DNA from: Macrostomum lignano
Lineage: Eukaryota
DNA: 64,000 nt
NCBI GenBank assembly: GCA_002269645.1
Contig: NIVC01000035.1
Location: 670,308 to 734,307, forward strand
Direction: 5' to 3'
A model generated the notes under the pieces. The model did no database searches. It saw only the letters and a list, made by a program, of their open reading frames with translations, and was not told the origin of the DNA. The position numbers were made by a program, and so were the translations under genes. Shown in pieces: positions 47,852-61,699 of this stretch (position 1 is its first letter; the number at the start of each line of letters is the position of its first letter).

Positions 47852-50800
47852 ACCCGAGCTGCTCCGTCCGCTATCAGGATCCTTCAGCATCAGCGGCTTC
47901 TCCATACCGCTGCCCACGTCGTCCCCGGAGCACTTCAACGGCGACATGTAGATCGGCGCGCTCGGCGCTTGGCGCTTACCGCTGCGGCCGGGACGACGCG
48001 CCGTGCCACCGGACTCCAACTGGATCTTCACCGGGTAGTTCAGCTCGTCATCGCCGCAGCCGGCACCGCGACGATCGCGCGAGACGGCAGCGGCGGCGGC
48101 GCCAGAGGCTTTTGGGCCTCGCATGTCCTGGCCCTGGTGCTTGTCGCGCCACATGCGGAACAGCTCATGGACAATGTCGCCTGGTGGGTTGATTTATTGA
48201 TTTATTGATTTATTGATTTACCAAGCTGCATGATCGATTGGTTGCTTGGTTCGCTAGTTAATTGATTGGTATTCACCTTGATTGGTAGGTAGTCTACGAG
48301 TACTCCACCCTCTTCCAGTCTACTCTACCCAATTCCAATCTACTCTACCCAATTCCAATCTACTCTACCCTCTTCCAGTCTACTCTACCCTCTCCCAGTC
48401 TACTCTACCCTCTCCCAGTCTACTCTACCCTCTCCCAGTCTACTCTAACCTCTCCCAGTCTATTCTACCCTCTTCCAGTCTACTCCACCCCCTACCTGTC
48501 TACTCTAACCAATTCCAATCTACTCTACTCTCTTCCAGTCTACTCTACCCTCTTCCAGTCTACTCTACCCTCTCCCAGTCTACTCTACCCTCTCCCAGTC
48601 TACTCTACCCTCTCTCAGTCTACTCTACCCTCTCCCAGTCTACTCTAACCTCTCCCAGTCTATTCTACCCTCTTCCAGTCTACTCCACCCCCTACCTGTC
48701 TACTCTAACCAATTCCAATCTACTCTACTCTCTTCCAGTCTACTCTACCCTCTTCCAGTCTACTCTACCCTCTCCCAGTCTACTCTACCCTCTCCCAGTC
48801 TACTCTACCCTCTCTCAGTCTACTCTACCCTCTCCCAGTCAACTCTAACCTCTCCCAGTCTATTCTACCCTCTTCCAGTCTACTCCACCCCCTACCTGTC
48901 TACTCTAACCAATTCCAATCTACTCTACTCTCTTCCAGTCTACTCTACCCTCTTCCAGTCTACTCTACCCTCTCCCAGTCTACTCTACCCTCTCCCAGTC
49001 TACTCTACCCTCTCTCAGTCTACTCTACCCTCTCCCAGTCTACTCTAACCTCTCCCAGTCTATTCTACCCTCTTCCAGTCTACTCCACCCCCTACCTGTC
49101 TACTCTAACCAATTCCAATCTACTCTACTCTCTTCCAGTCTACTCTACCCTCTTCCAGTCTACTCTACCCTCTCCCAGTCTACTCTACCCCTACCTGTCT
49201 ACTCTACCCAATTCCAATCTACTCTATTCTCTTCCTGTCTACTTTAATCTCTTCCTGTCTACTTTAATCTCTTCCTGTCTACTTTAATCTCTTCCTGTCT
49301 ACTTTAATCTCTTCCAGTCTACCGACCCTATCTTCCTCCCAGGTTACTTGAGCTCCATTGAATATCATTCTCAGATTACTGTGTCTCCCCATATATCTAC
49401 TTTAGCTGTCTAATAATAATTCGAAGTGTCACTTTGACTTGCTCTGCCCAAAGTCCCAACCGCAACGCAGCTGTTCCTCTGATCTCACTACCGGTAACAC
49501 CCTGATCCCCTACCGGTAACACCCTGATCCCCTACCGGTAACACCCTGATTCCCTACCGGTAACACCTGATCCCCTACCGGTAACACCCCGATCCCCTAC
49601 CGGTAACACCCTGATCCCCTACCGGTAACACCTGATTCCCTACCGGTAACACTCGATCCCCTACCGGTAACACCCTGATCCCCTACCGGTAACACCCTGA
49701 TCCCCTACCGGTAACACCCCGATCCCCTACCGGTAACACCCTGATCCCCTACCGGTAACACCCTGATCCCCTACCGGTAACACCCTGATCCCCTACCGGT
49801 AACACCCTGATCCCCTACCGGTAACACCCTGATCCCCTACCGGTAACACCCTGATCCCCTACCGGTAACACCCCGATCCCCTACCGGTAACACCCCGATC
49901 CCCTACCGGTAACACCCCGATCCCCTACCGGTAACACCCTGATCCCCTACCGGTAACACCCTGATCCCCTACCGGTAACAATGTCCCCAGCGTTAAGCTG
50001 CATCATCTTGAGCAAGAAGGTGCCATCGTGCCGCAGGAACTCGACTACGAACTCGCCAACAAGCCGTTTCTCGCTGTCGTAGTCGTCCATCAGGCGAAGG
50101 AACCGGCGCACGAATCGAGCTCGCGACCGACGATTTACGATGCGACACAGCCAAATTGGGAGGCTGGCAGCCGTGATGGCGCTGCCAATGACAAACCAGA
50201 ACCAGAGGAATATGTAAATCTTCTCGTTCAGCATGTTGACTGGCAGGGCGCACTGGCTCAAGTAGGTCTGGGCGCCGCCGAAGATGGCCACGTTGGTACG
50301 GCAGAATGCCACCCGAGGAAACACCATGGTGTACTCCCAGTCTCTGCCTGCGGCGATGTCGGAGAGCACCTGGAAGTGGGGGTGAGGTTGCGTCTGGTAA
50401 AGTCAGAGTCTGGTAGAGTAGGTTTTGGTAAGGTAGGTTTTGGTAGAGTAGGTTTTGGTAGAGTAGGTTTTGGTAAGGTAGGTTTTGGTAGAGTAGGTTT
50501 TGGTAGAGTAGGTTTTGGTAGAGTAGGTTTTGGTAGAGTAGGTTTTGGTAGAGTAGGTTTTGGTAGAGTAGGTTTTGGTAGAGTAGGTTTTGGTAGAGTA
50601 GGTTTTGGTAGAGTAGGTTTTGGTAGAGTAGGTTTTGGTAGAGTAGGTTTTGGTAGAGTAGGTTTTGGTAGAGTAGGTTTTGGTAGAATAGGTTTTGTTA
50701 GAGTAGGTTTTGGTAGACTAGGTTTGGTAGAGTTGGTTTGGTAGAGTAAATTTTGGTAGCGTAGGTTTTCGTAGGTTTTGGTAGCGTAGGTTTTGGTAGT

Positions 50801-53771
50801 GTAGATTTTGGTACAGTAGGTTTGGGTAGTGTATGTTTTGGCATAGTAGGTTTTGGTTTAGAGTAGGCTTTGGTAGAGTAGCTTTTGGTAGAGTAGGTTT
50901 TGTTAGAGTAGGTTTTGGTAGACTAGGTTTTGGTAGAGTAGGTTTTGGTAGGTTTTGGTAGAGTAGGTTTTGGTAGGTTTTGGTAGAGTAGGTTTTGGCA
51001 GGTTTTGGTAGAGTAGGTTTTGGCAGGTTTTGGTGGAGTAGGTTTTGGTAGGTTTTGGTAGAGTAGGTTTTGGCAGGTTTTGGTAGAGTAGGTTTTGGCA
51101 GGTTTTGGTGGAGTAGGTTTTGGTGGAGTTGGCTCTGGTGGAATAGGTTTCGAGGATGTTTTAGTAGACTATTTTTGCGCGGAGTAATTTCTCACTAATG
51201 TAGGCAGTGGTTTAGTGTAGGTCTTTTGTTGAGTTAGGTTTGGAGTGAGAGTAGTAGAGCAGGTAGAGTACATTATCCAATTAATAAATAGCCTCAGCAA
51301 TCCCAGCAGCTGCTACCCGCTCACCTGTAATCCGAAGTAGCCAGTATAGTTGGTGCCCAGCCTCAGGAACCTCTGCATCAAATAGATCTGCCCGATTGAA
51401 TTAGCCAGGTAGAGCAGCTTCACAGCTAAATACGCGATGCTCAGCCCCGTGCCGAGGCGCTTGCTCGCAACCAGCAGGTTGGCAGCCCTGAATATCCGCA
51501 TCTTGAGACTCTGCAGCTTGCCTGTGCGGTACTCCCTGTGCATGAACAGCATGTGCTCCAGGCTGCCAGCGATGTGCTTCACCACTTTTTCTCGCTTTTC
51601 GCCATCAGCTTTGGCAGCCTCGGCGGCGCTGTTCACCAGGTGCTGCAGGTCGGTGCCGGACCGATAGGTGATCACCATTTGCCACACCAGCCGGGGCAGG
51701 TAGAACATCACCGTCTGCAGGCCCAGGATGAACGGTACCCACTGGTAGTACACTGCGGGTTGTTTCAGGTAGTGGAAGGTGCGCAATCTGGCTTTTGGAC
51801 ATTGGGATTTCCGGGAGAAACTGGATTGTGGGATCTCGGGTGTTGAGACTGAGGCAAACAGAGATTTGGGGATCTGGGATTTCGGAAAAGTGGTTTTTGG
51901 GATTGGGACTTTAGGAATCTGGGTTTAGTTTTTGGATCTGGAATTTGGGAGAAACCGGATTTTGGGATCTGCGATTTGGGAGAAACCGGGTTTTGGGAAT
52001 CTGGGACTTGAGAGAAACCGGGTTTTGGGAATCTGGGACTTGGGAGAAACCGGGTTTTTGGAATCTGGGATTTGGGAGAAACCGGGTTTTTGGATCTGGG
52101 ATTTGGGAGAAATCGGTTGTTTTGAGATCTGGGATTTGGGATAAACTGGTTGTATTGAGATCTGGGATTTGGGATAAACTGGGTTTTGGGATCTGGGATT
52201 TGGGAGAAACCGAGTTTTTGGATCTGGAATTTGAGAGAAATCGGGTTTTGGGATCTGGGATTTGGGAGAAACCGAGTTTTTGGATCTGGAATTTGAGAGA
52301 AATCGGGTTTTGGGATCTGGGATTTGGGATAAACTAGTTGTTTTGAGATCTGGGATTTGGGATAAACTGGTTGTTTTGGGGATCTGGGAGTTGGGAGAAA
52401 ATGGGGTTTGGGGATCTGGGAGTTGGGAAAAACTGGGTTTTGACTCTTGGATCTTGGACTTTTGGAGAAACTGGGTTTCAAAATCTGCGACACAATTAAG
52501 ATTTCGGAGTTAAGATTAGGGGGATGGCGGCGGCAACTTGATCTTGATTTCAAACTTTTTGATGGCGAAATGCTCTTTTGTATTAAATCTGTCCCTAATA
52601 ATAATTTAGAAATTAGCTTTACTACTACCTAACGACTGAGAATGTTACATTAAAAAAGGCTCTGCCCTTTGACGTCCTTACATGCCACGTACACAGTAAA
52701 AATTCAACCTAATTAAAAGCAGTGGTGAGCTTGGCAGGGTCAGCCAGTTGACCTCTACGCAACTGTTAAATATTTTCTTAGAACGGCTTAGCATTTCGAA
52801 GATTTCACCTGTTCCTGCTATTTAGCTATATACACTTCACCTTTTTATTACGTATTTTGTTATACATGGAATGTAATTTATCTATTCACTTGCCAGCTGA
52901 ACCAAATTCACCGTTAGTTAGAGAGCAATTTTAACTGTAAGTTAAGAAATCGATAATATTTACTAAATCAATTTAGAAATCGATGATCTTATTTACTAAA
53001 ATCAATTAAGAAATCGATAATACGAGTATTTACTAAATCAATTCAGAAATCGATAATATTTACTAAATCAGTTTAATTTTCGATAATATCTACTAAACAG
53101 ATTTAAAAATCGATAAATCGATAATATTTACTTAAATAAATTTAGCAATCGATTATATTCACTAAATCAATTTAGAAATCGATGTATCGATATTTTGTAT
53201 ATCAATTTAAAAATCGATCACTAATTTCATTAATCAATTAGAAATCGGTCACAAATATTCAAAAAAGGGGTAATTGTGAAATGGATTATCAATCAATAGT
53301 TTTTTGAAAATACTGGTACATAAATATAACAAAAGAATTATCGTAGAATTTACACCGAAAATTTCTAGGCCCGAAGAATATAAAAATTCGTTTAGAAATG
53401 ATCATTTGTTGAGAATGAATCTCTATTTATTTAATCGTTAAAACAAATTTAAACTCACGCAGCCTCTGGCTCTCCATCCTCTTCCAGAAATCCGTGTCGT
53501 CGTGAGACTTGGAGTCCACTGGCACAGGGTAGGTGCCGTCCACCCAGCAGAAGTTCTCCATGTAACTGTCATAATTTGTGCCGGTCACTTTATTCGATGT
53601 GAAGCAGACAATGGGCTTGAGCAGGTACTGCTTCACGGTCACCACCATGGTGCACAGCACGAGAATGCACGGTGTGAATAGGAAATTCCATTTGTCAGAG
53701 AAATCCTCAACACCGGCGTAAGCTGGGATGTTCCATTTTGTTACGAAGTCGATGAACTCTGAGCCAACCAT
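47765..53771 (-). CDS. Innexin (invertebrate gap-junction protein), 4 coding exons, 517 aa
   Basis: Exons 53459-53771 (EDFSDKWNFLFT...KQYLLKPIVCF...ENFCWVDGTY), 51325-51752 (LYYQWVPFILGLQTVMFYLPRLVWQ, the innexin signature), 49973-50369 (FPRVAFC...QCALPVNMLNEKIYIFLWFWF...FLRHDGTFLLKMMQLNAGDIVT), 47765-48180 (GDIVHELFRMW...). GT-AG with consistent phases, total 1554 nt. A probable 5'UTR intron runs 53785-55476 (donor GTAAGT, acceptor ctgcag 13 nt before the ATG). Confidence 0.95.
48290..49330. repeat. 20-bp minisatellite TACTCTACCCTCTCCCAGTC with a 200-bp higher-order period (innexin intron)
   Basis: The variant block TACTCCACCCCCTACCTGTC recurs at 48481, 48681, 48881 and 49081. Confidence 0.95.
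49487..49980. repeat. 22-bp minisatellite CCCTGATCCCCTACCGGTAACA that includes the innexin exon 3 donor
   Basis: About 22 copies; the rightmost copy overlaps coding sequence (GTT ACC G|GTAGGG on the minus strand). Confidence 0.96.
50400..51135. repeat. 15-bp minisatellite GGTAGAGTAGGTTTT (innexin intron)
   Basis: Direct inspection. Confidence 0.95.
51810..52470. repeat. Degenerate ~30-bp minisatellite GGGATCTGGGATTTGGGAGAAACCGGGTTTT
   Basis: Direct inspection. Confidence 0.88.
52950..53250. repeat. Degenerate AT-rich ~30-bp repeat AAATCGATAATATTTACTAAATCAATTTAG
   Basis: Direct inspection. Confidence 0.75.
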
Positions 53772-53829
53772 GTTGGGAAGATTTCTGCAGGTGCGTGCGG
53801 GTGCACAGGTTGAGTGTTTTATAGACTGA

Positions 53830-55400
53830 ACATGTTAAAGATCGAAAATCCCATTCACTTAATCACAGACCCCGTTCACTTAATCACAAATCCCATACTC
53901 TCATTTACAGATTCTATTCACTCACTTCACAGATCCTATTCACTCGCAGATCCCATTCTCTCATTCACAGATCCCCATTCTCTCATTTACAAATCCTGTT
54001 CACTTAATCACAAATCCCATTCTCTAAATCACAGATCCCATTCACTTCATCACAGTCCCATTCACGGAATTCACTCAATCACAGATCCCATTCACTCAAT
54101 CACAGATCTCATTCACTCAATCACAGATACTATTCTCTCATTCACAGATCCCTATTCTCTTATTTACAGATCCTATTCACTTAATCACAAATCCCATTCT
54201 CTAAATCACAAATCCCATTCACTTCATCACAGTCCCATTCTCTAAATCACAGATCCCATTAACTCATTCACAGTCCCATTCAATTAATCACAGATCCCAT
54301 TCACTCAATCACAGATCCCATTCACTTAATCACAGATACCATTCTCTCATTCACAGATCCCTATTCTCTTATTTACAGATCCTATTCACTTAATCACAAA
54401 TCCCATTCTCTAAATCACAAATCCCATTCACTTCATCACAGTCCCATTCTCTAAATCACAGATCCCATTAACTCATTCACAGTCCCATTCAATTAATCAC
54501 AGATCCCATTCACTCAATCACAGATCCCATTAACTCATTCACAGTCCCATTCACTCAATCACAGATCCCGTTCACTCAATCACAGATCCCATTCACTCAA
54601 TCACAGATCCCATTCACTTAGGCTAATCACAGATACCATTCTCTCATTCACAGATCCCTATTCTCTTATTTACAGATCCTATTCACTTAATCACAAATCC
54701 CATTCTCTAAATCACAAATCCCATTCACTTCATCACAGTCCCATTCTCTAAATCACAGATCCCATTAACTCATTCACAGTCCCATTCAATTAATCACAGA
54801 TCCCATTCACTCAATCACAGATCCCATTCACTTAATCACAGATACCATTCTCTCATTCACAGATCCCTATTCTCTTATTTACAGATCCTATTCACTTAAT
54901 CACAAATCCCATTCTCTAAATCACAAATCCCATTCACTTCATCACAGTCCCATTCTCTAAATCACAGATCCCATTAACTCATTCACAGTCCCATTCAATT
55001 AATCACAGATCCCATTCACTCAATCACAGATCCCATTCACTTAATCACAGATACCATTCTCTCATTCACAGATCCCTATTCTCTTATTTACAGATCCTAT
55101 TCACTTAATCACAAATCCCATTCTCTAAATCACAAATCCCATTCACTTCATCACAGTCCCATTCTCTAAATCACAGATCCCATTAACTCATTCACAGTCC
55201 CATTCAATTAATCACAGATCCCATTCACTCAATCACAGATCCCATTAACTCATTCACAGTCCCATTCACTCAATCACAGATCCCGTTCACTCAATCACAG
55301 ATCCCATTCACTCAATCACAGATCCCATTCACTTAATCACAGATCCCATTCTCTCATTCACAGATTTTATTCACGCAATCCACCATTCACTGATCCAATC
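53830..55400. repeat. ~19-21 bp minisatellite (TCACAGATCCCATTCACTCAA) with a 209-bp higher-order period
   Basis: The CACAGATAC variant occurs at 54122, 54331, 54628, 54837 and 55046. Confidence 0.93.
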
Positions 55401-56774
55401 ATAAATCCTATTGATTCAATGACATGAAAAATAGCTGTCAAAGCTTTGAAATCAACCACAAAATTCATTCACTTACCACTCAGAGTTGTCACACAAAGTC
55501 TGCCCTGCTCATAAAAGAAAGTTTTACAAGCTGGTTATGATAGACAGTCGGTTATTAGTCAGTTTGTGATGATATTACTGTTTATGATGTAATACTTCAG
55601 TAGTATTATCTATGCATAGACAATAGGCACTATCATTGCCCCCCTATGCAGAACGCTCGCTTCTTTTCAAAGTTAACCTACTCTTAGCTTGTGGTAGAGC
55701 ATAGGTAGAATAACTCGGTTTATAACCTAAAGGCCTCTCTCCCTCTCTCTCTGGTTGAAATTTTTACGTGAAGGATTTCAAAACTGCCTCTCCTGCCTTT
55801 CCGTGGTTGGTCGGCCGGGTTTCATCGATCGGTGTGGGTTCTCTCTCTCTCTCTCTCTCTCCCCAGCTCTCTATATTTCTCGTTCGCTTGATGAATGTAC
55901 AGTAACCCCTTTCAAGTTGGAAGGGGGGCGGTGGGGGGCCCTGTTGTATAATATTAATAATTAGAGGACTGAGAGGGGGTCGCTCGAGAGGTTGCGTAAT
56001 CCTGGCCCTCCACCCCGTCAGGCAGTTCAGTCAGCTTGCGCGTGTGTCTGTGGACCATGCGCTCTCTGGATCTGGGAGCGCGGGTGACTCATAACTCTCT
56101 TCTCGCCCTCCTATTTCCTGTTTGTAAGGTAAGATCGGTCGTGTGCCCTGCCCCCATGGCTCTCTTCTTTTTCTATACAGTCACTATACATTCGAGAATA
56201 GGAAACCCTTTGATCTGTGTAGTAAAAATTTAACTATTTTCGTCAGACATTCGACGGTCCAAAAACGCGGTCTTTGTTACAAAAAAATACACACTTTGCA
56301 CACACACACAGACACATACAGCCTCTGCTGTGCTGCATTTTTGTGGGAAACCGAGATGCTTCTCGGAGAGCCCCCGTGAGTCTGAAAACCCGGCCAAGAA
56401 AGTCTTGCATCGGATACTTTTCGGTGGACGTATGGGCGTATAGTCCAACGAAGCCCCTGTACAAACATTGCATAGGAACTGGGGCTCAATTTTATTGGGG
56501 TCTGGAGTGGACTCACAGACGGACAGACTGAAGTGTATAGCTTTTTTGGGAGTAAAGTTGGAGCTCTACGAAAATTGTGGAATTTAAATAACTAGCTAAT
56601 TTATTTTAAATTTAATTAATCTAACTAATTAACTAGTTAATTAACTAATTAAATTAACTAGCATTTAAGTTTACCGACGAAAGTTGCGTTTACAATAACA
56701 AATTTGCCCAATCAAGCCACTACCTGAAGTCTGCTGACAATGTTTATTTTGCATCTGATGTTTACCATCCCCCA

Positions 56775-56860
56775 ATTTACCAGCCGATATTTACCAGCCG
56801 ATATTTACCAGCCGATATTTACCAGCCGATATTTACCAGCCGATATTTACCACCCGATAA
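56775..56860. repeat. 14-bp tandem repeat ATATTTACCAGCCG, ~6 copies
   Basis: Direct inspection. Confidence 0.9.
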
Positions 56861-57314
56861 TTACCACTAAATCTTAAAAATTGCAGCAGATTTTCAAAAA
56901 AAGAATTTTCTTTTCATCTGCACTACTATTATTAGTAGTATTCATAGATTCCGAAACTCGGTATGGAATCGGCTCAATAAAATACGGAGTGAAAACGCGA
57001 TGGTGAAAAAATCAAGTTTTATTTAAATGCGGATCAACGCTATGTCCCAGGATGTTTTCCACGGCAATCAGCCACAATGACCATCCTTGGTTAGCAACTG
57101 CGGGCTGCGATCAAGTCTCCGGCTAAAATCCCATCTGGTTGGCAGGTTTTTAACCGCTTTGATGGGAGGAAAAAACAGATGAAAACACCTGTCGACTGAC
57201 GAATTGGATCCCGGAACTGATGCCCACGCTTGTTCCGGCACACCTGAGGAATTCTGGGATTAATTGGCGAGAGAAATTCATTGAACCCTGATTTACGACC
57301 CTGACTCTCACTTC

Positions 57315-58048
<734 letters not shown>

Positions 58049-58689
58049 TGTTTGCAACAGATTTATAAGCTGTCGTTAATTTCTAAATCGCTGTTCCAAC
58101 AAACCCATTCACCCCGCTTCCCAGGCCATGCAGATATGAATATGAGCAGGCAGCAATACAAGAGAGTAATCTGTGTTGACTCAGTAAGTCAAACTGGACT
58201 CAAAAATCTGGGGTGGGTGGGGGGGGAATAAGCTCTGACAGCTCGACTTTGGCTGTCAAACAAACTGGAGAAAAACGCATGCATGGTGTTCCCGAACTGT
58301 TTGCCCAGCAATTCAATATGCAATGCAGTTAGTCGCATATGCAACACCGCTGCGTGTGGTCTTTTATAATCTCAACTATATACAATACTGTATGCCAGTG
58401 CGTGCCAATGTTTGCCGTTAATATCGCAGAGTGCTTACTATTAGTTTAAATATATATAAATATATTCTTCGGCGCCGTAATGAATAAAACAACGTGCTTA
58501 TAATGTTCGAACCACATTTTGTGCGCAATACCCTTTCAGTGTTTTTTATAGTTTAATTTGGGGTCTTCACCTGTATCACCTATTATAATTTGGAGCATTT
58601 TCTGAGAAACATTTTCCTTTTTGGCCAGCGCTAGTGTTGAGACTTTTTAAAAGTAATGCAGAGTTCCATGGAGCCTGTTATGAATTCTC

Positions 58690-60005
58690 TCTCTATCTTC
58701 GTCTCTCCCTTTCTCTCCCTTCTTCTCTTTCTTCCTCTCTCCCTTCCTCTCCCTTCCTCTCTCCCTTACCCTCTCCCTTCGTCTCTCCATTCCTCTCCCT
58801 TCGTCTCTCCATTCCTCTCCCTTCGTCTCTCCATTCCTCTCCCTTCTTCTCTGCCTTCCTCTCCCTTATTCTCTTTCTTCCTCTCTCCCTTCCTCTCCCT
58901 TCCTCTCTCCCTTACCCTCTCCCTTCGTCTCTCCATTCCTCTCCCTTCGTCTCTCCATTCCTCTCCCTTCGTCTCTCCATTCCTCTCCCTTCGTCTCTCC
59001 ATTCCTCTCCCTTCTTCTCTGCCTTCCTCTCCCTTATTCTCTTTCTTCCTCTCTCCCTTCCTCTCCCTTCCTCTCTCCCTTACCCTCTCCCTTCGTCTCT
59101 CCATTCCTCTCCCTTCGTCTCTCCATTCCTCTCCCTTCGTCTCTCCATTCCTCTCCCTTCTTCTCTGCCTTCCTCTCCCTTATTCTCTTTCTTCCTCTCT
59201 CCCTTCCTCTCCCTTCCTCTCCCTTCCTCTCTTCATTCCTCTCCCTTCGTCTCTCCATTCCTCTCCCTTCGTCTCTCCATTCCTCTCCCTTCTTCTTTGC
59301 CTTCCTCTCCCTTCTTCTCTCCCTTCCTCTCCCTTCTTCTCTCCTTTCCTCTCCCTTCTTCTCTTCCTTCCTCTCCCTTCTTCTTCCCCTTCCTCCCTAC
59401 CTTCCTCTCCTTTCCTTATACCCTTCCTATTTGCGTGTGTCCCTCTAATTTGCTTTAATTAGATTGACCTCCGTGACTCCGTCACAAGTCAATTTGTTTA
59501 CTTTTCAAATTTGCGGCAACCACACAATAGAGTCGGAGCGGAAACCAATTGATACTCCGCCAGGTAACCACCTGTTTGCGCTAGCAATCTAATGACCTAC
59601 GTGTGTGTTTCCTTTCTCTGGGAAAATCCGCGACTCAAAGTTTAATGCGTGCAACCCCATCTATGTGACTGCGTTTTTTTGGTTTTAATTTTTCATTGTC
59701 ATGATGATAAAAAAACCCGTGGAGTGAGACAATAGGAACGGTAAGATGAGAGAAGAATGGAGCAGAGATGAGGCAAGAGGAGAACAGAGAGAAAGAGAGA
59801 GGAAAGAGAGATGGGAGAAGAGGAGAGGTTAGATGAGAAAAGAGAGGAGAGATGGGAGAAGAGAGATAAGAGGAGAGGAGAGAGATAAGAGAAGGAAGAG
59901 GTAAGATGAGATGAGAGAGATAAGAAAAGGAGAGAGAAGAGAGCTAATAAAAGAAGAGGAATAGAAGAGGAGAGAGATACGAGAGATGAGAGAGGAGAAT
60001 ACGAC
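58690..60005. repeat. Polypyrimidine CT-rich block (58690-59420) and polypurine GA-rich block (59740-60005)
   Basis: Direct inspection. Confidence 0.9.
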
Positions 60006-60498
60006 ACATAAAGGTGGAAACGGTCTAGCCAGGACCACATCACACACAGACAAACAAAGACAGTCCCAAAAAGTGCACTGAAATTACGAAATTCTATACG
60101 AGTACTTGTACAGTTTTTTAAGCCAAGCTCTCATGGATTCTACATATTGTGTACTCAGTCCAATAGGCCATGGAGCGCAGTCGTGCTCGTGAATAAAACT
60201 TACCAATAGCTCTTGTCATTCACATTTGAAGAGTTGTTTGCAGCTCAGAGTCGGGGGTCCTGCCCTTGGCAAACAAATCTAGAGAGGTCACAGAGAGCCC
60301 GCCGGCTTTAACTTGCGGTGTAAAAATAAGTCAGAAAAAAATATTTGCTGCAACGCATTTATGGCTGGTCCCGCTTTTCTGGTTTAAAGTTGAGCATAGT
60401 TTTTCTCTCCATTTTCATGGTATTCGTTTTTATGATTCTCCAGAATGTGTAATGATGTGTAAGGATATGCTTTTAGGGAAAGCATAAACCTTCTTTTA

Positions 60499-61656
60499 TG
60501 AGGGTTGTCAGAAAAGTTCTGTGTACATTGTAATAACTTAAGAACGATAAACAGTAGAAACATGAAAAGTTACAAATGTCTTCCTTAACATCTATTCACT
60601 CAAAGTATGAGCCCTCAGCTTCAATGCACTTCTCCCAACGCCGCACCAGCCCGTCAATGCCTGCAGTCATGCCATTGTTCGTCACGGTGGCAATGCCAGC
60701 CTTGTAGGCCCGATTCACGTCTTCCTCTGCGTTCTGAAACGCTGGCCCCGCATCGACTCCTTGATGCGAGGGAAGAGGAAAAAGTCGCATGGACTTAAGT
60801 CCGGGGAATAAGGCGGATGCGGAAGAATTTCCCACCCACACGACTCGATCGTAGCCAGCACGCTTTGCTTTCGGTGCGGGGCTGCGTTGTCGTGAAGCAG
60901 AATCGGGCCAGCCGCGTGAAGTGCAGGCCTTTTGTCCCGAATGGCACGCCGAAATTTCACCAGAACTGACAGGTAGAGAATGCGCAGGCAACGATCCTTT
61001 GCAGGAACGCCATGCCCTCCCGCCGATACCGCTGCAGGTTGGGTGCGCACATGGCGACCCGCCCCCGAGCCCGCTGATCGTCAGTGAGCAGATGCTGCAC
61101 CCACTTGGCACAGAACTTGCCCATCCCAAGGTCCTCAGTCAGGATTTTGTGGACTGAGTCGTGGGACACCCCTATGGCATCAGCCAGCTGCCTGGTGCTC
61201 AGTCTCCGGCCCTGCAACACGGCTGCCTCCACCTGACTCACCAGGCTGTCAGTCCGAGCACTCGTTGGTCATCCACTGCGTGGCTTGTCGTCGAGGTCTT
61301 CTTTGCCGTTGCGAATGGCAATAGCCCATAGCGGCGAATCGTCTCATAAGATGGGCAAAAGTATCCTATGGTCTGCCGCATTTCTTCAAAAATCTCGTTT
61401 GCTGAACGCCCCTGAAGGACATGAAACTTGATGATCGCTCGATTGTTGCGTTTAGAAAAACTCTCTCGCGGGACGGAATGCGCCATGGGTGTGGTTGAAA
61501 AATGACTGCTATTTTGGCTAGAAATGATCTGGTGCTCTGAAACTGAAGCTAGCGACTCTTTATATATGTATATATCTATGGCTAAAACCCCAACTCTTCA
61601 GCTATTCATAGAGCTGAGCTATTCTCTAATACACAGAACTTTTCTGACAACCATAT
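60499..61656 (-). mobile_element. Tc1/mariner DNA transposon (mariner, D34D), decayed internal-deletion copy
   Basis: Perfect 23-bp inverted repeats GGTTGTCAGAAAAGTTCTGTGTA (60503-60525 / 61630-61652), with TA at 60497-60498 and 61657-61658. Transposase fragments 61486->60596 include RAIIKFHV..G.S..EI (HTH), WVQHLL (WVPHEL motif), LHDNAAPH...PYSPDLSPCD (34 residues between the two Ds) and the C-terminus GIDGLVRRWEKCIEAEGSYFE. Confidence 0.95.
60596..61486 (-). pseudogene. Mariner transposase pseudogene
   Basis: 2-nt insertion at ~61329-61330, in-frame TGA at 61269-61271, deletion at ~60985 removing the first catalytic Asp region (RIVAC joined to ...YLSVLVKFRR), and a further frameshift near 60737. 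Confidence 0.9.
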
Positions 61657-61699
61657 TATACATTCATACATTCACATAATATACATTCTGACAATGTAT

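Noticed and set aside
49425-49478. Alternative innexin terminal exon (EEQLRCGWDFGQSKSK*) just past the 22-mer array
   Set aside because: The exon at 47765-48180 (GDIVHELFRMW) fits the innexin pattern better and has a proper acceptor; the Trp alignment is probably chance.
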